DNA of 64,000 nt from Hormiphora californensis (taxonomy: Eukaryota; Animalia; Ctenophora). The notes beneath the pieces are model-generated. The model worked only from the letters and a program-made list of their open reading frames with translations. It had not been told where the DNA came from and searched no databases. Location: assembly GCA_020137815.1 (NCBI GenBank), contig CM035353.1, positions 5,022,001-5,086,000 of the forward strand. Reading direction: 5' to 3'. A program made the position numbers and the translations under genes. Positions 37,089 through 49,329 of the stretch are shown one piece after another. Within the stretch, counting starts at the first letter, position 1. Each line of letters begins with the position of its first letter.

Positions 37089-37735
37089 TCAATCATGTTT
37101 ACTATATTCCGGAAGAGCACAATCAGTTGTACTTGATCTCCTGGGCGTTGTCTCGTACCGTATCACATATAAGAGACTCCTACAGAGGTATTCAGTTCTT
37201 AGTAGTACCCTCTTCCAGGTGTTTTCTACCTCATAGATGTTCTCACAGAACCCTTCTACTTGGTAGAAGATCTCAGCTAATCCCTTTTCTGCTTCTCTGG
37301 CTAACCACTGAGGTATAGAATCCACCTCCACCTCATTTGATGGTATAGCTAGGGGAGTTGCGCCCTGTATTTGTTCAGTGAGGAGGGTCCTTGTGCTGTG
37401 GAGCATCCCTTGCGGGATCTGCTGCACCCACAAATTCAACGTATGTACCAGGGGTGTACCAAACTCACCTTTTCGTCGAATTGTCCGTCATTACGTTTCC
37501 AAAGCTCAACCTCGACGTTGGAACAAATGCCAAGCACCGTTGTGGCGACATCGTACAGCTGGGGTCCCGCTAAAGCTGACATCCATATAATCAGCTCTGC
37601 ATAATCTTCTGGATCGCACTTCTGCCTATTACCAAACGACATCGAAATTCCACAACGACAACAATGACACTCTAATAATCTTATTTCTAATTCCTTCAAG
37701 AAAAGTTCTGCTTCAATTTTAGGTGTTAGTGCCAT
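37089..37735 (-). pseudogene. Unidentified ORF split by one frameshift (99 aa + 116 aa)
   Basis: Two overlapping frames at 37436-37439, ATG at 37735, protein-like composition with CHCCRC. Confidence 0.35.
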
Positions 37736-38109
37736 TTCTGTTCATGCACATCCTAAGACATTTAGTGTTTTCCATTGAAAATTTGGGCATAGCTTCCGCA
37801 TAGCTTCCGCTCACCGGTATGCATAGTGTACATTAGATCCATTGGTCAGTGTAGTACGCTATACAATGTGTAGTATACATGATACATAACAGAAACGGTG
37901 GATATTCAATTGAATCTGATGAGCTAGTCCTTACAAGCGAAACAATTGAAATTCCATAAACTCGTGTTTTGTTTTTTAGGATACTCCAGAGAAAGTTCTC
38001 TGTAGAGTTCTCTCTGAGGATTGACTCCCCAAACTAACACAGTAAAATAGTAAATATATTAAATGATATGATAATATTATACCAAATTGCTATACACAGG
38101 ATAAGTATC

Positions 38110-38280
38110 GGACAATTGTTTTAAATGTGTAATAGTTCCGGGTGCCGATTCTTCTTCTTGCGTCGAATGAATGCTCGGTGACAGGTCTTGCAATAAACTG
38201 AATCAGCTGCTCTTAAACAGTTCACTCCCTCCAGTCTCCTACGGATAGCTACCAGCTGGTCATCTATCCCACTAGATCCT
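38110..38280 (-). mobile_element. Academ-like N-terminal fragment
   Basis: IRRRLEGVNCLRAADSVYCKTCHRAF resembles the RxxxxxDLxAADAxYHxxC motif (from recall). Confidence 0.4.
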
Positions 38281-38754
38281 AAGTGAAGATTTAAAATTAA
38301 ATTATGTATGGAAACTAATTGATCGGTGGGAGTTCCAGTTCGTACTCCTCTTCATAAATTTCTTTTTCAATCTCCTCGAGGAACTCGTCGACGCCATCAT
38401 TACTATTTTAATCTTTCTCATTTTCAATTTCACTATCCGAGGATTCGATGTCTTGCCTCCTTCTCTTTTTTGATCGCCCCTCGGATGCTGATTTTGTCTC
38501 TGCTGCCCTAATCTCCTCACAGTTCTGGTCAGTTCTGGTCAGTTCTGGTCAGTCACTTCGAATACATTTTCCAGCACACTGGTTGTAAGGCCAAGTGCAT
38601 GGTATGGGCCTGCACCGTATTTTGCTTCAGAATATTTATTCGGTTTCCACAAATGACGAGAGGATTGGGACCTTACCGAGCGCTACGAATCTCACCGTTA
38701 GGTGTTTCACAAGTGAAATTGGAATGCTTTGTTTCATCCTCCTAGTCACGAATT

Positions 38755-39156
38755 TTAGGGTGGTTTGTCGCTCTCCTCTCGGGTCAGATATATCGCCCGT
38801 TGTTGTGGCTGTCGAAGTTGAGGGTCGCGACCGTTTGCTGCCCCCTTCCGCCTGAATTTGGGCCTGTTATCCGGCCAGTTGGCCAAACATTCCTTCATGA
38901 AGTTATACAAGCATCTTGGGGGACACCGGTTTTTCCTTTTTAAAGCGTCTTCCACCGTGTTCCGTGTAATATCGTTCCCCAACTGGAGAAGTATTTTTTG
39001 GATTTCTCCACTTGTTAGTTGTTTCGTCGGGTTCGCCTGCCCCATCTTTTCACTGAAGCTGGAGAAAACAACCTTCATTTCCTCCTTCTCTTCCAAATGG
39101 AGCCTTTTTCTCCCGGTCTTTTTGGGCACCTTGCTGTTTGTGATCGTGAGTGACAT
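38755..39156 (-). other. Chimeric ORF containing a protein-kinase subdomain XI-like fragment
   Basis: CPPRCLYNFMKECLANWPDNRPKF resembles the tyrosine-kinase consensus CPxELYELMxxCWxxxPxxRPxF. Confidence 0.45.
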
Positions 39157-39579
39157 TGGCTGGTGGAAAAGTAAGTGAGTGGTTAGTGAGTGAATTATCT
39201 AACTGTCATATGTATATTAACTGTTATAATAAATTGAGCAGGGATTGTCTTCTTAGTTTACACATCGTATCTTCGAACGGCCACTGTAAACGATGTGGTT
39301 TGCTCGGCTGTGGTGGGGTGACCGTTTTCTGGAGCAGCTGCGTTGCCTTATAGGGGTTGGTGTGTTCGGACCTCGTGCTTGGGGGAACTCTGGTTTTATG
39401 GGGGCCCGGACATTTCTATGGCCGATTTTCTTTACCCCTTCTAAAAAAACCATCGGTACACGAGCATCAGTGTTTTTGTTATCATCATCATCCCAAAACA
39501 AATGTCGGGGATGTTCGTGAACAATCTAACTACGGGCGATTTTGAGCCCCCGTAATCCCCTGTAATAATCTTGCGCACG

Positions 39580-39746
39580 AGAGAAGGGGGAGAGAGGGAG
39601 AGAAAAAGAGAGAGATAGAGGGAGAGAGAGAGATCAGAAGGCAGAGAGAGAGTAGAGAGAGAGGAGAGAGAGAGATGACAGATCTGAGAATGCTGCAATC
39701 GAAGCGCTTACTTCGCTATGAGAGCGCTCTCTCTCTCCTTCTCGCT

Positions 39747-39795
<49 letters not shown>

Positions 39796-39965
39796 TCTCT
39801 CTTCTCGCTCTCTCTCTCTCTCTCTCGCCTCTCTTCCTCCTCTCTCTCTCTCTCTCGCTCTCTCTCCTCCTCTCGCTCTCTCTCTCGCTCTTGCTCCTCC
39901 CCTCTCTCTCTATCTCTCTCTCCTTTTCTCTCGCTCTCTCCCCTCTCGCTTCCTCCCCTTTCCCG
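39580..39965. repeat. (AG)n-rich tract followed by a (CT)n-rich tract
   Basis: Read directly. Confidence 0.9.
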
Positions 39966-40784
39966 GGTCTCCGCTTCTTTCCCTTTGCCTTCTCATAAAC
40001 AAAATGAAGCATGCCCCTGGGTTCATCCCAGGTGGTTTTCCCGGTTTTCGGGCCTGTTTTTCCTTTTGCGTGCCCTGGGGTTGTGGTGTGGTGGGGGCTC
40101 GTGTTTTGGGGTTGGGGCGGCCCTGGTTTCTTTTGGGGGTCGGGTTGTCCCCCCCTTTTTCCAGGACATTTTGAGGTCAGATCATTTCACCACCATCTCC
40201 ACGACCATTCTAGATTCCTGAAAACAATTAACACTTTCAAATGGTCCTTTGATGTTGACGCAGCAACTCTCTTCCATCCAACTATTACCTAACCTGGCCC
40301 CTGCTCACAATTCAGATCATATGATAATAAATTCATAAATGATTTACCTGGAATGCATCTCTCTCTGCATGTCGTTGTCGGGGGGCTCGTGGCTCTATTA
40401 GAAAATAGAACGTTTATAAATTCCCAATTGGCGCCAATCTCCCAGTTAATCTTCATCCCCAAATATTGGCGCCAATCGGCGATGGTCACTACCGGAAATA
40501 GGACGGAAACGTTACTCGTTGGCGCCAATCTTCCGGTAGATCCTCCATGGCGGTAGTCAAACGCCATATGGCGGTTTATTTCGCCATATTGGCGATCCGG
40601 ACTGGCGCCACACCACGGAACTGTCGCCATATCAGCTCTGGCGGTGCTTTTATGGCGGTTTGATATGGCGCCAAACACTGCATATGGTCGTGTTTCATTT
40701 CAATTGGTCGCCACCGCCTACATTTAATGCAACATACCCTTAGAAAAAATCCTCAAATTCTCATAACTCAATATCGCCATGACA

Positions 40785-40890
40785 GTGGCGTCCTTTACAC
40801 CTATTGTGTTATCTCCACCACCGGAGCCATGGGTCGTGAAGCAGAGAGGTTCTACCGCAGGCCGGCAGTTCTCCTTTCCGGGAAAACCAA
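40785..40890 (+). mobile_element. CRE-clade non-LTR retrotransposon C-terminal (RLE-region) fragment
   Basis: ASFTPIVLS-TTGAMGREAERFYRRPAVLLSGK (one frameshift) resembles SFTPLVFSTTGGMGxEAxxFYKRLAxxLxxK. Confidence 0.55.
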
Positions 40891-41017
40891 ACCCGTTACA
40901 TAGAAGATTTTATTAAAAAATATTAATAACAGTCGTCCACTATATGATTGGAGGGTACCTATGCCATATTTGTAACATGTAGGTACACTACACAGTCTAA
41001 CCCCGGGTTAACCCTCG

Positions 41018-44000
41018 TTACTTTAACCCACCTTATCTCTAATAAACTTTTCTACTTTGACTCACCAATCTCTAAGAAATCTTTCTACTTTGACCCGCCT
41101 TGTCTCTAAGAAACTTTTCTACTTTGACCCACCTTATCTCTAAGAAACTTTTCCACTTTGACCCACGAATCTCTAAGAAACCTTTCTACTTTGACCCACC
41201 TAATCTCTAAGAAACCTTTCTACTTTGACCCACCTTATCTCTAAGGAACTTTTCTACTTTGAACCACCTGATCTCTAAGAAACTTTTCTACTTTGACCCA
41301 CCTTATCTCTAAGAAACTTTTCTACTTTGACCCACCTTATCTCTAAGAAACTCTTTTACTTTGACCCACCAATCTCTAAGAAACCTTTCTACTTTGACCC
41401 ACCTAATCTCTAAGAAACCTTTCTACTTTGACCCACCTTATCTCTAAGAAACTTTTCTACTTTGACCCGCCTTATCTCTAAGAAACTTTTCTACCCACCT
41501 TATCTCTAAGAAACTTTTCTACTTTGACCCGCCTTATCTCTAAGAAACTTTTCTCCTTTGACCCACCTTATCTCAAAGAAACTTTTCTACTTTGAACCAC
41601 CTGATCTCTAAGAAACTTTTCTACTTTGACCCGCCTTATCTCTAAGAAACTCTTCTACTTTGACCCACCTTATCTCTAAGAAACTTTTCTACTTTGACCC
41701 ACCTTATCTCTAAGAAACTTTTCTACTTTGACCCACCTTATCTCTAAGAAACTTTTCTACTTTGAACCACCTGATCTCTAAGAAACTTTTCTACTTTGAC
41801 CCACCTTATCTCTAAGAAACTTTTCTACCCACCTGATCTCTAAGAAACTTTTCTACTTTGACCCACCTTATCTCTAAAAAACTTTTCTACCCACCTGATC
41901 TCTAAGAAACTTTTCTACTTTGACCCACCTTATCTCTAAGAAACTTTTCTACTTTGACCCACCAAACTCTAAGAAACCTTTCTACTTTGACCCACCTAAT
42001 CTCTAAGAAACCTTTCTACTTTGACCCACCTTATCTCTAAGAAACCTTTCTACTTTGACCCACCTTATCTCAAAGAAACTTTTCTACTTTGAACCACCTG
42101 ATCTCAAAGAAACTTTTCTACTTTGACCCGCCTTATCTCTAAGAAACTCTTCTACTTTGACCCACCTTATCTCTAAGAAACTTTTCAACTTTGACCCACC
42201 TTATCTCTAAGAAACTTTTCTACTTTGACCCACCTTATCTCTAAGAAACTTTTCTACTTTGAACCACCTGATCTCTAAGAAACTTTTCTACTTTGACCCA
42301 CCTTATCTCTAAGAAACTTTTCTACCCACCTGATCTCTAAGAAACTTTTCTACTTTGACCCACCTTATCTCTAAAAAACTTTTCTACCCACCTGATCTCT
42401 AAGAAACTTTTCTACTTTGACCCACCTTATCTCTAAGAAACTTTTCTACTTTGACCCACCAATCTCTAAGAAACCTTTCTACTTTGACCCACCTAATCTC
42501 TAAGAAACCTTTCTACTTTGACCCACCTTATCTCTAAGAAACCTTTCTACTTTGACCCACCTTATCTCTAAGAAACTTTTCTACTTTGACCCGCCTTATC
42601 TCTAAGAAACTTTTCTACTTTGACCCACCTTATCTCTAAGAAACTTTTCTACTTTGATTCACCTTATCTCTAAGAAACTTTTCTACTTTGACCCACATGA
42701 TCTCTAAGAAACTTTTCTACTTTGACCCACCTAATCTCTAAGAAACTTTTCTACTTTGACCCACCTTATCTCTAAGAAACCTTTCTACTTTAACCCACAT
42801 TATCTCTAAGAAACTTTTCTTCTTTGACCCACCTTATCTCTAAGAAACTTTTCTACCCACCTTATCTCTAAGAAACTTTTCAACTTTGACGCACCTTATC
42901 TCTAAGAAACTTTTCTACCCACCTGATCTCTAAGAAACTTTTCTACTTTGACCCACCTTATCTCTAAGAAACTTTTCTACTTTGACCCGCCTTATCTCTA
43001 AGAAACTTTTCTACTTTGACCCACCTTATCTCTAAGAAACTTTTCTACTTTGATTCACCTTATCTCTAAGAAACTTTTTTACTTTGACCCACATGATCTC
43101 TAAGAAACTTTTCTACTTTGACCCACCTTATCTCTAAGAAAGTTTTCTACTTTGACCCGCCTTATCTCTAAGAAACTTTTCTACTTTGACCCACCTTATC
43201 TCTAAGAAACTTTTCTACTTTGATTCACCTTATCTCTAAGAAACTTTTCTACTTTGACCCACATGATCTCTAAGAAACTTTTCTACTTTGACCCACCTAA
43301 TCTCTAAGAAACTTTTCTACTTTGACCCACCTTATCTCTAAGAAACCTTTCTACTTTGACCCACCTTATCTCTAAGAAACTTTTCTCCTTTGACCCACCT
43401 TATCTCTAAGAAACTTTTCTACTTTGACCCGCCTTATCTCTAAGAAACTTTTCTACCCACCTTATCTCTAAGAAACTTTTCTACTTTGACCCGCCTTATC
43501 TCTAAGAAACTTTTCTCCTTTGACCCACCTTATCTCAAAGAAACTTTTCTACTTTGAACCACCTGATCTCAAAGAAACTTTTCTACTTTGACCCGCCTTA
43601 TCTCTAAGAAACTCTTCTACTTTGACCCACCTTATCTCTAAGAAACTTTTCAACTTTGACCCACCTTATCTCTAAGAAACTTTTCTACTTTGACCCACCT
43701 TATCTCTAAGAAACTTTTCTACTTTTAACCACCTGATCTCTAAGAAACTTTTCTACTTTGACCCACCTTATCTCTAAGAAACTTTTCTACCCACCTGATC
43801 TCTAAGAAACTTTTCTACTTTGACCCACCTTATCTCTAAAAAACTTTTCTACCCACCTGATCTCTAAGAAACTTTTCTACTTTGACCCACCTTATCTCTA
43901 AGAAACTTTTCTACTTTGACCCACCAATCTCTAAGAAACCTTTCTACTTTGACCCACCTAATCTCTAAGAAACCTTTCTACTTTGACCCACCTTATCTCT

Positions 44001-47000
44001 AAGAAACCTTTCTACTTTGACCCACCTTATCTCTAAGAAACTTTTCTACTTTGACCCGCCTTATCTCTAAGAAACTTTTCTACTTTGACCCACCTTATCT
44101 CTAAGAAACTTTTCTACTTTGATCCACCTTATCTCTAAGAAACTTTTCTACTTTGACCCACCTGATCTCTAAGAAACTTTTCTACTTTGACCCACCTTAT
44201 CTCTAAGAAACTTTTCTACTTTGACCCACCTTATCTCTAAGAAACCTTTCTACTTTAACCCACATTATCTCTAAGAAACTTTTCTTCTTTGACCCACCTT
44301 ATCTCTAAGAAACTTTTCTACCCACCTTATCTCTAAGAAACCTTTCTACTTTGACCCACCTTACCTCTAAGAAACTTTTCTACTTTGACCCACTTTGACC
44401 CACCTTATCTCTAAGAAACTTTTCTACTTTGACCCACCTTATCTCTAATAAACTTTTCTACTTTGAACCACCTGATCTCTTAGAAACTTTTCTACTTTGA
44501 CCCACCTTATCTCTAAGAAACTTTTCTACTTTTACCTGCCTTATCTCTAAGAAACTTTTCTACTTTGACCCACCTTATCTCTAAGCAACTTTTCTACTTT
44601 GAACCACCTGATCTCTTAGAAACTTTTCTACTTTGAACCACCTGATTTCTAAGAAACTTTTCTACTTTGACCCACCTAATCTCTAAGAAACCTTTCTACT
44701 TTGACCCACCTTATCTCTAAGAAACCTTTCTACTTTGACCCACCTTATCTCTAAGAAACTTTTCTACTTTGACCCACTTTGACCCACCTTATCTCTAAGA
44801 AACTTTTCTACTTTGACCCACCTTATTAGTCCAGGCAAAGTTCGATTTAAAATCGGCATTTCTGCATAAAAGCAAATTCCGGTTGATTTTGGTCAATTCG
44901 AGTATGCTGATCACGACTATAAACTTTTAGTGAACTTTTTCGATGGGGAAAGTGGCTTAATTGGCCTTAATTGGCCTTAATTGTAAATGTGTCTAAAATA
45001 TATTCTGCCTAGCTCAAAAAATCAGGAAAAATTCACTGATTATCGGAAAAATATTTTCAGATTTTATTTGTGTCGAAAATAGGCGGAATTGGCCTAATTG
45101 GGCATAATTGGGTGTAATTACTAGAATTTAAAATGTATTCTGCATAACTCAAAAAATCGGGGAAAATTCACTGATTATCGGAAAAATATTTTCAGATTTT
45201 ATTTGTGTCGAAAATAGGCGGAATTTGCCTAATTGGGCATAATTGGGCGTAATTACTAAAATTTAAAGTTTATCAAAAATGAGTTTTATATAGCTTAAAA
45301 AATCGAGAAAAATAAGCTGATTATCAGAAAAATACTATTGGAATTCATTTTTGTCTCAATTAGACGGTAGAGCTAATTAAAAACCAATTAACTCACCAAA
45401 TTGGTGTTGCGCGACATAAATGAGCCTCAGGAATGAGAAATTCAACTTCCAAAGCTAATTTCTACACTAACGTGTCCCCAAGGGTCTCTCCTAACACCAC
45501 AGAAAATCCTAACATCCGGTGCGATTTTTTTCCGGGTCCAAAACTCCGATTTTTACGATTTTCAGTTTCTCGCTCACAGCACATGGTGTGCATGTACAAT
45601 ACACCGGAAATGAACATGTTGCTCCTCGCACCGAATGTTAGGATTTTCTGTGGTGTTAGGAGAGACCCTTGGGGACACATTAGTGAAGAAATTAGCTTTT
45701 GAACTTGAATTTCTCATTCCTGAGGCCCAGTTATGTAGTGCATCATCAATTTGGTGAGTTAATTGGTTTTTAATTAGCTCTACCGTCTAATTGAGACAAA
45801 AATGAATTCCAATAGTATTTTTCTGATAATCAGCTTATTTTTCTCGATTTTTTAAGCTATATAAAACTCATTTTTGATAAACTTTAAATTTTAGTAATTA
45901 CGCCCAATTATGCCCAATTAGGCAAATTCCGCCTATTTTCGACACAAATAAAATCTGAAAATATTTTTCCGATAATCAGTGAATTTTCCCCGATTTTTTG
46001 AGTTATGCAGAATACATTTTAAATTCTAGTAATTACACCCAATTATGCCCAATTAGGCCAATTCCGCCTATTTTCGACACAAATAAAATCTGAAAATATT
46101 TTTCCGATAATCAGTGAATTTTTCCTGATTTTTTGAGCTAGGCAGAATATATTTTAGACACATTTACAATTAAGGCCAATTAAGGCCAATTAAGCCACTT
46201 TCCCCATCGAAAAAGTTCACTAAAAGTTTATAGTCGTGATCAGCATACTCGAATTGACCAAAATCAACCGGAATTTGCTTTTATGCAGAAATGCCGAAAT
46301 TTGGCCTATTTTTTTAGAACTTTTCCTGGACTATATCTCTAATAAACTTTTCTACTTTGAACCACCTGATCTCTTAGAAACTTTTCTACTTTGACCCACC
46401 TTATCTCTAAGAAACTTTTCTACTTTGACCTGCCTTATCTCTAAGAAACTTTTCTACTTTGACCCACCTTATCTCTAAGAAACTTTTCTACTTTGAACCA
46501 CCTGATCTCTTAGAAACTTTTCTACTTTGAACCACCTGACTTCTAAGAAACTTTTCTACTTTGACCCACCTTATCTCTAAGAAACTTTTCTACTTTGACC
46601 CACCAATCTCTAAGAAACCTTTCTACTTTGACCCACCTAATCTCTAAGAAACTTTTCTACTTTGACCCACCTAATCTCTAAGAAACCTTTCTACTTTGAC
46701 CCACCTAATCTCTAAGAAACTTTTCTACTTTGACCCACCTAATCTCTAAGAAACTTTTCTACTTTGACCCACTTTGACCCACCTTATCTCTAAGAAACTT
46801 TTCTACTTTGACCCACCTTATCTCTAAGAAACTTTTCTACTTTGAACCACCTGATCTCTAAGAAACTTTTCTACTTTGAACCACCTGATCTCTAAGAAAC
46901 TTTTCTACTTTGACCCACCTTATCTCTAAGAAACTTTTCTACTTTGACCCACCAATCTCTAAGAAACCTTTCTACTTTGACCCACCTAATCTCTAAGAAA

Positions 47001-47262
47001 CCTTTCTACTTTGACCCACCTTATCTCTAAGAAACCTTTCTACTTTGACCCACCTTATCTCTAAGAAACTTTTCTACTTTGACCCACCTAATCTCTAAGA
47101 AACTTTTCTTCTTTGACCCAGGCCCACCTAATCTCTAAGAAACCTTTCTACTTTGACCCACCTTATCTCTAAGAAACTTTTTTACTTTGACCCACCTTAT
47201 CTCTAAGAAACTTTTCTACTTTGACCCACCTAATCTCTAAGAAACTTTTCTACTTTGACCAA
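41018..47262. repeat. 34-bp satellite (TTTGACCCACCTTATCTCTAAGAAACTTTTCTAC)n, roughly 140 monomers, with 27-bp deletion variants and higher-order repeats
   Basis: Period 34 measured at 41291 to 41325; the order of variants recurs at ~0.5 kb and ~1.96 kb spacing. Confidence 0.97.
44827..46333. mobile_element. 1.5-kb near-perfect foldback element with TAG...CTA ends and 3-bp TSD (Academ-like)
   Basis: TAT|TAGTCCAGGCAAAGTTC...GAACTTTTCCTGGACTA|TAT inserted in monomer CCTTATCTCT; ~700-bp arms about a centre near 45570. Confidence 0.9.
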
Positions 47263-47803
47263 GATGCACGTGCCAATTTGCCGCGCACAGCAGGCGTTCA
47301 CAACAACTGAACGCCTGCTGTGAAGAACCAACCAAACTTTTCAGTGTGATTGGGTTTGGTGCGTCGAAACAATTCTTTCGAAGATCTTGGTGTGATTCCG
47401 CCCTGACGCCTGACGGAGCACCATGCCACTTTCAAGGATTTATTATTTAAAACAAATTATAAACACAGTAGTTTCAAAGTTTCAAAACTATATTACTCCG
47501 AATAATTTTACAGGGTGCAATAGGAAAAAATAACATGATCAAACAATTGACTTAGTATGACATTGATACAATTATTTATTAGTTTTACTTTTAATGGTAC
47601 ATATAGTTATACATCGACCATCTACAGATAAAGATTTGAGTCAGATTTGCATGTTTTATTTTGGAAAGAATTATGATTTTCGCTTTGTTGCGGTAAGGTG
47701 AACCCGGGGTTTGTATGCTGCCTATGCAGAGGGTCATCCACTAGTAATCCACTAGGGTGATTCGCTACACTATATTATACTGCCCAACCTGCGATATAGG
47801 CGA

Positions 47804-48232
47804 GAGACACACTGAAGTTGGGCGCACTCGTTCAAATCTCAACCTCGCGACACACACTGAAGTTCGAAGTTTCGCGAAAACGCATTTTCGGCTGAGAAAT
47901 CGTTTGTAAGAGGCTAACTTATTTACTGGTACATCTCTCGAGGTGTCCTTTATCCATACTGAGTCAATTTCACCGTTTTACTTTTTGAAATTTTTGGCTA
48001 ATTTGGATAATTTTTCCCAATTCACCAAAAAATTTAAAAACGGTGAAATTGACTCGGTATGGATAAAGGACACCTAGAAAGAGGTACCAGTAAATAAGTT
48101 AGCATCTTACAAATGATTATTCAGCCGAAAATGGGTTTTCGCGAAACTTCGAACTTTTCTGCGAAACTTCGAACTTCAGTGTGTGTCACGAGGTTGAGAT
48201 TTGAACGAGCGCACTCAACTTCAGTGTGTCTC
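47804..48232. mobile_element. Palindromic MITE (GAGACACACTGAAGTT arms)
   Basis: About 180-bp arms are reverse complements. Confidence 0.8.
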
Positions 48233-48613
48233 CCCCCACAGGGAGGGCTGTGTGTGGAATAACTATAGTTAGTGACAGACAAAAAGTTTGGGTATTACTG
48301 TCTGACGGCGCCGACCCGATCTGAACGAGAATCAAAACGTCACCAGACAGGGGTACTATATCAATGCTCTCAATATCATGAAAATGGCTCCCCTCGAATT
48401 CATCAACAACAGAGTTTTAACACACCACTAATTGCATGAACTAATTGAACTAATTAATTTGTCGCACAAATAAATCTAAACCAATCAATCCAACCCTTAT
48501 TCAAAAAGGTCCGAATGTATATTTGAAAAAGATCGAGAGAGTTTTGCCACAAAATATACTGTCCCAGCAGTAACACACAAAAAACAAATAAACTCTCATC
48601 CCTGAAAGGTCCG

Positions 48614-48811
48614 CTAGCCACTCTGCTGCAGCTTAGCATAGATCGGGGGTGCAAACCGCTTCCTGAGATACTTCATAATGAAGAGGGGTAGGCATGCAGC
48701 AGCAGTTAGAGCCACAAACTTGATCAGGAAGTCTTTTGAAGTGAGGAATACGGGATCAAAGTATTCCGGGAGGAAGATTAGAGCGAGAAAGTAACAACCC
48801 AGGGAAAATAT
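48614..48811 (-). CDS. ATP9B: ATP9 terminal coding exon (IFSLGCYF...[11 protein letters not shown])
   Basis: ccccag| acceptor; TAG stop at 48614-16. Confidence 0.9.
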   Translation of the reverse strand: MFSLGCYFLALIFLPEYFDPVFLTSKDFLIKFVALTAAACLPLFIMKYLRKRFAPPIYAKLQQSG

Positions 48812-49174
48812 CTGGGGAAGAGAGAAGGAGGTTAGATCCACAGCAATGTGATTACCCAATGTAATACCCATAGATAGAGCACCAATTCCCCAACCGCACA
48901 CGGTGAGACACCCCTCTCCCCTACCCTCTCCCAGTGATACCGAATGCCAACCAAGTGATGCCCAAAAATGGAGTTATATAACACCATGACCATAAATGAG
49001 CATAACTAGTTACCTGAGCGACAGCCATGGCCCAGTGCCAAGTTCTAACGGTGATCACAACCATGAGGAGTTCTGTCACTATTAGCACGGTAAAGGTGAT
49101 TGCCAAAACGTGAATAAAATCTGAAATTGGATGGGAGCAATGGGGGACAACAGTTCAATATAGAAAAAGATATT

Positions 49175-49240
<66 letters not shown>

Positions 49241-49242
49241 AT

Positions 49243-49329
<87 letters not shown>

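Noticed and set aside
39675-40221. SLSLSL/RERERE ORFs (also 49045-49535, 57947-58234, 61023-61382)
   Set aside because: Microsatellite translations; only the embedded ATP9 exon portions are real.
41018-47262. CRISPR-like array (34-bp repeats)
   Set aside because: Monomers are head-to-tail with no unique spacers, there are no cas genes, and the context is eukaryotic.
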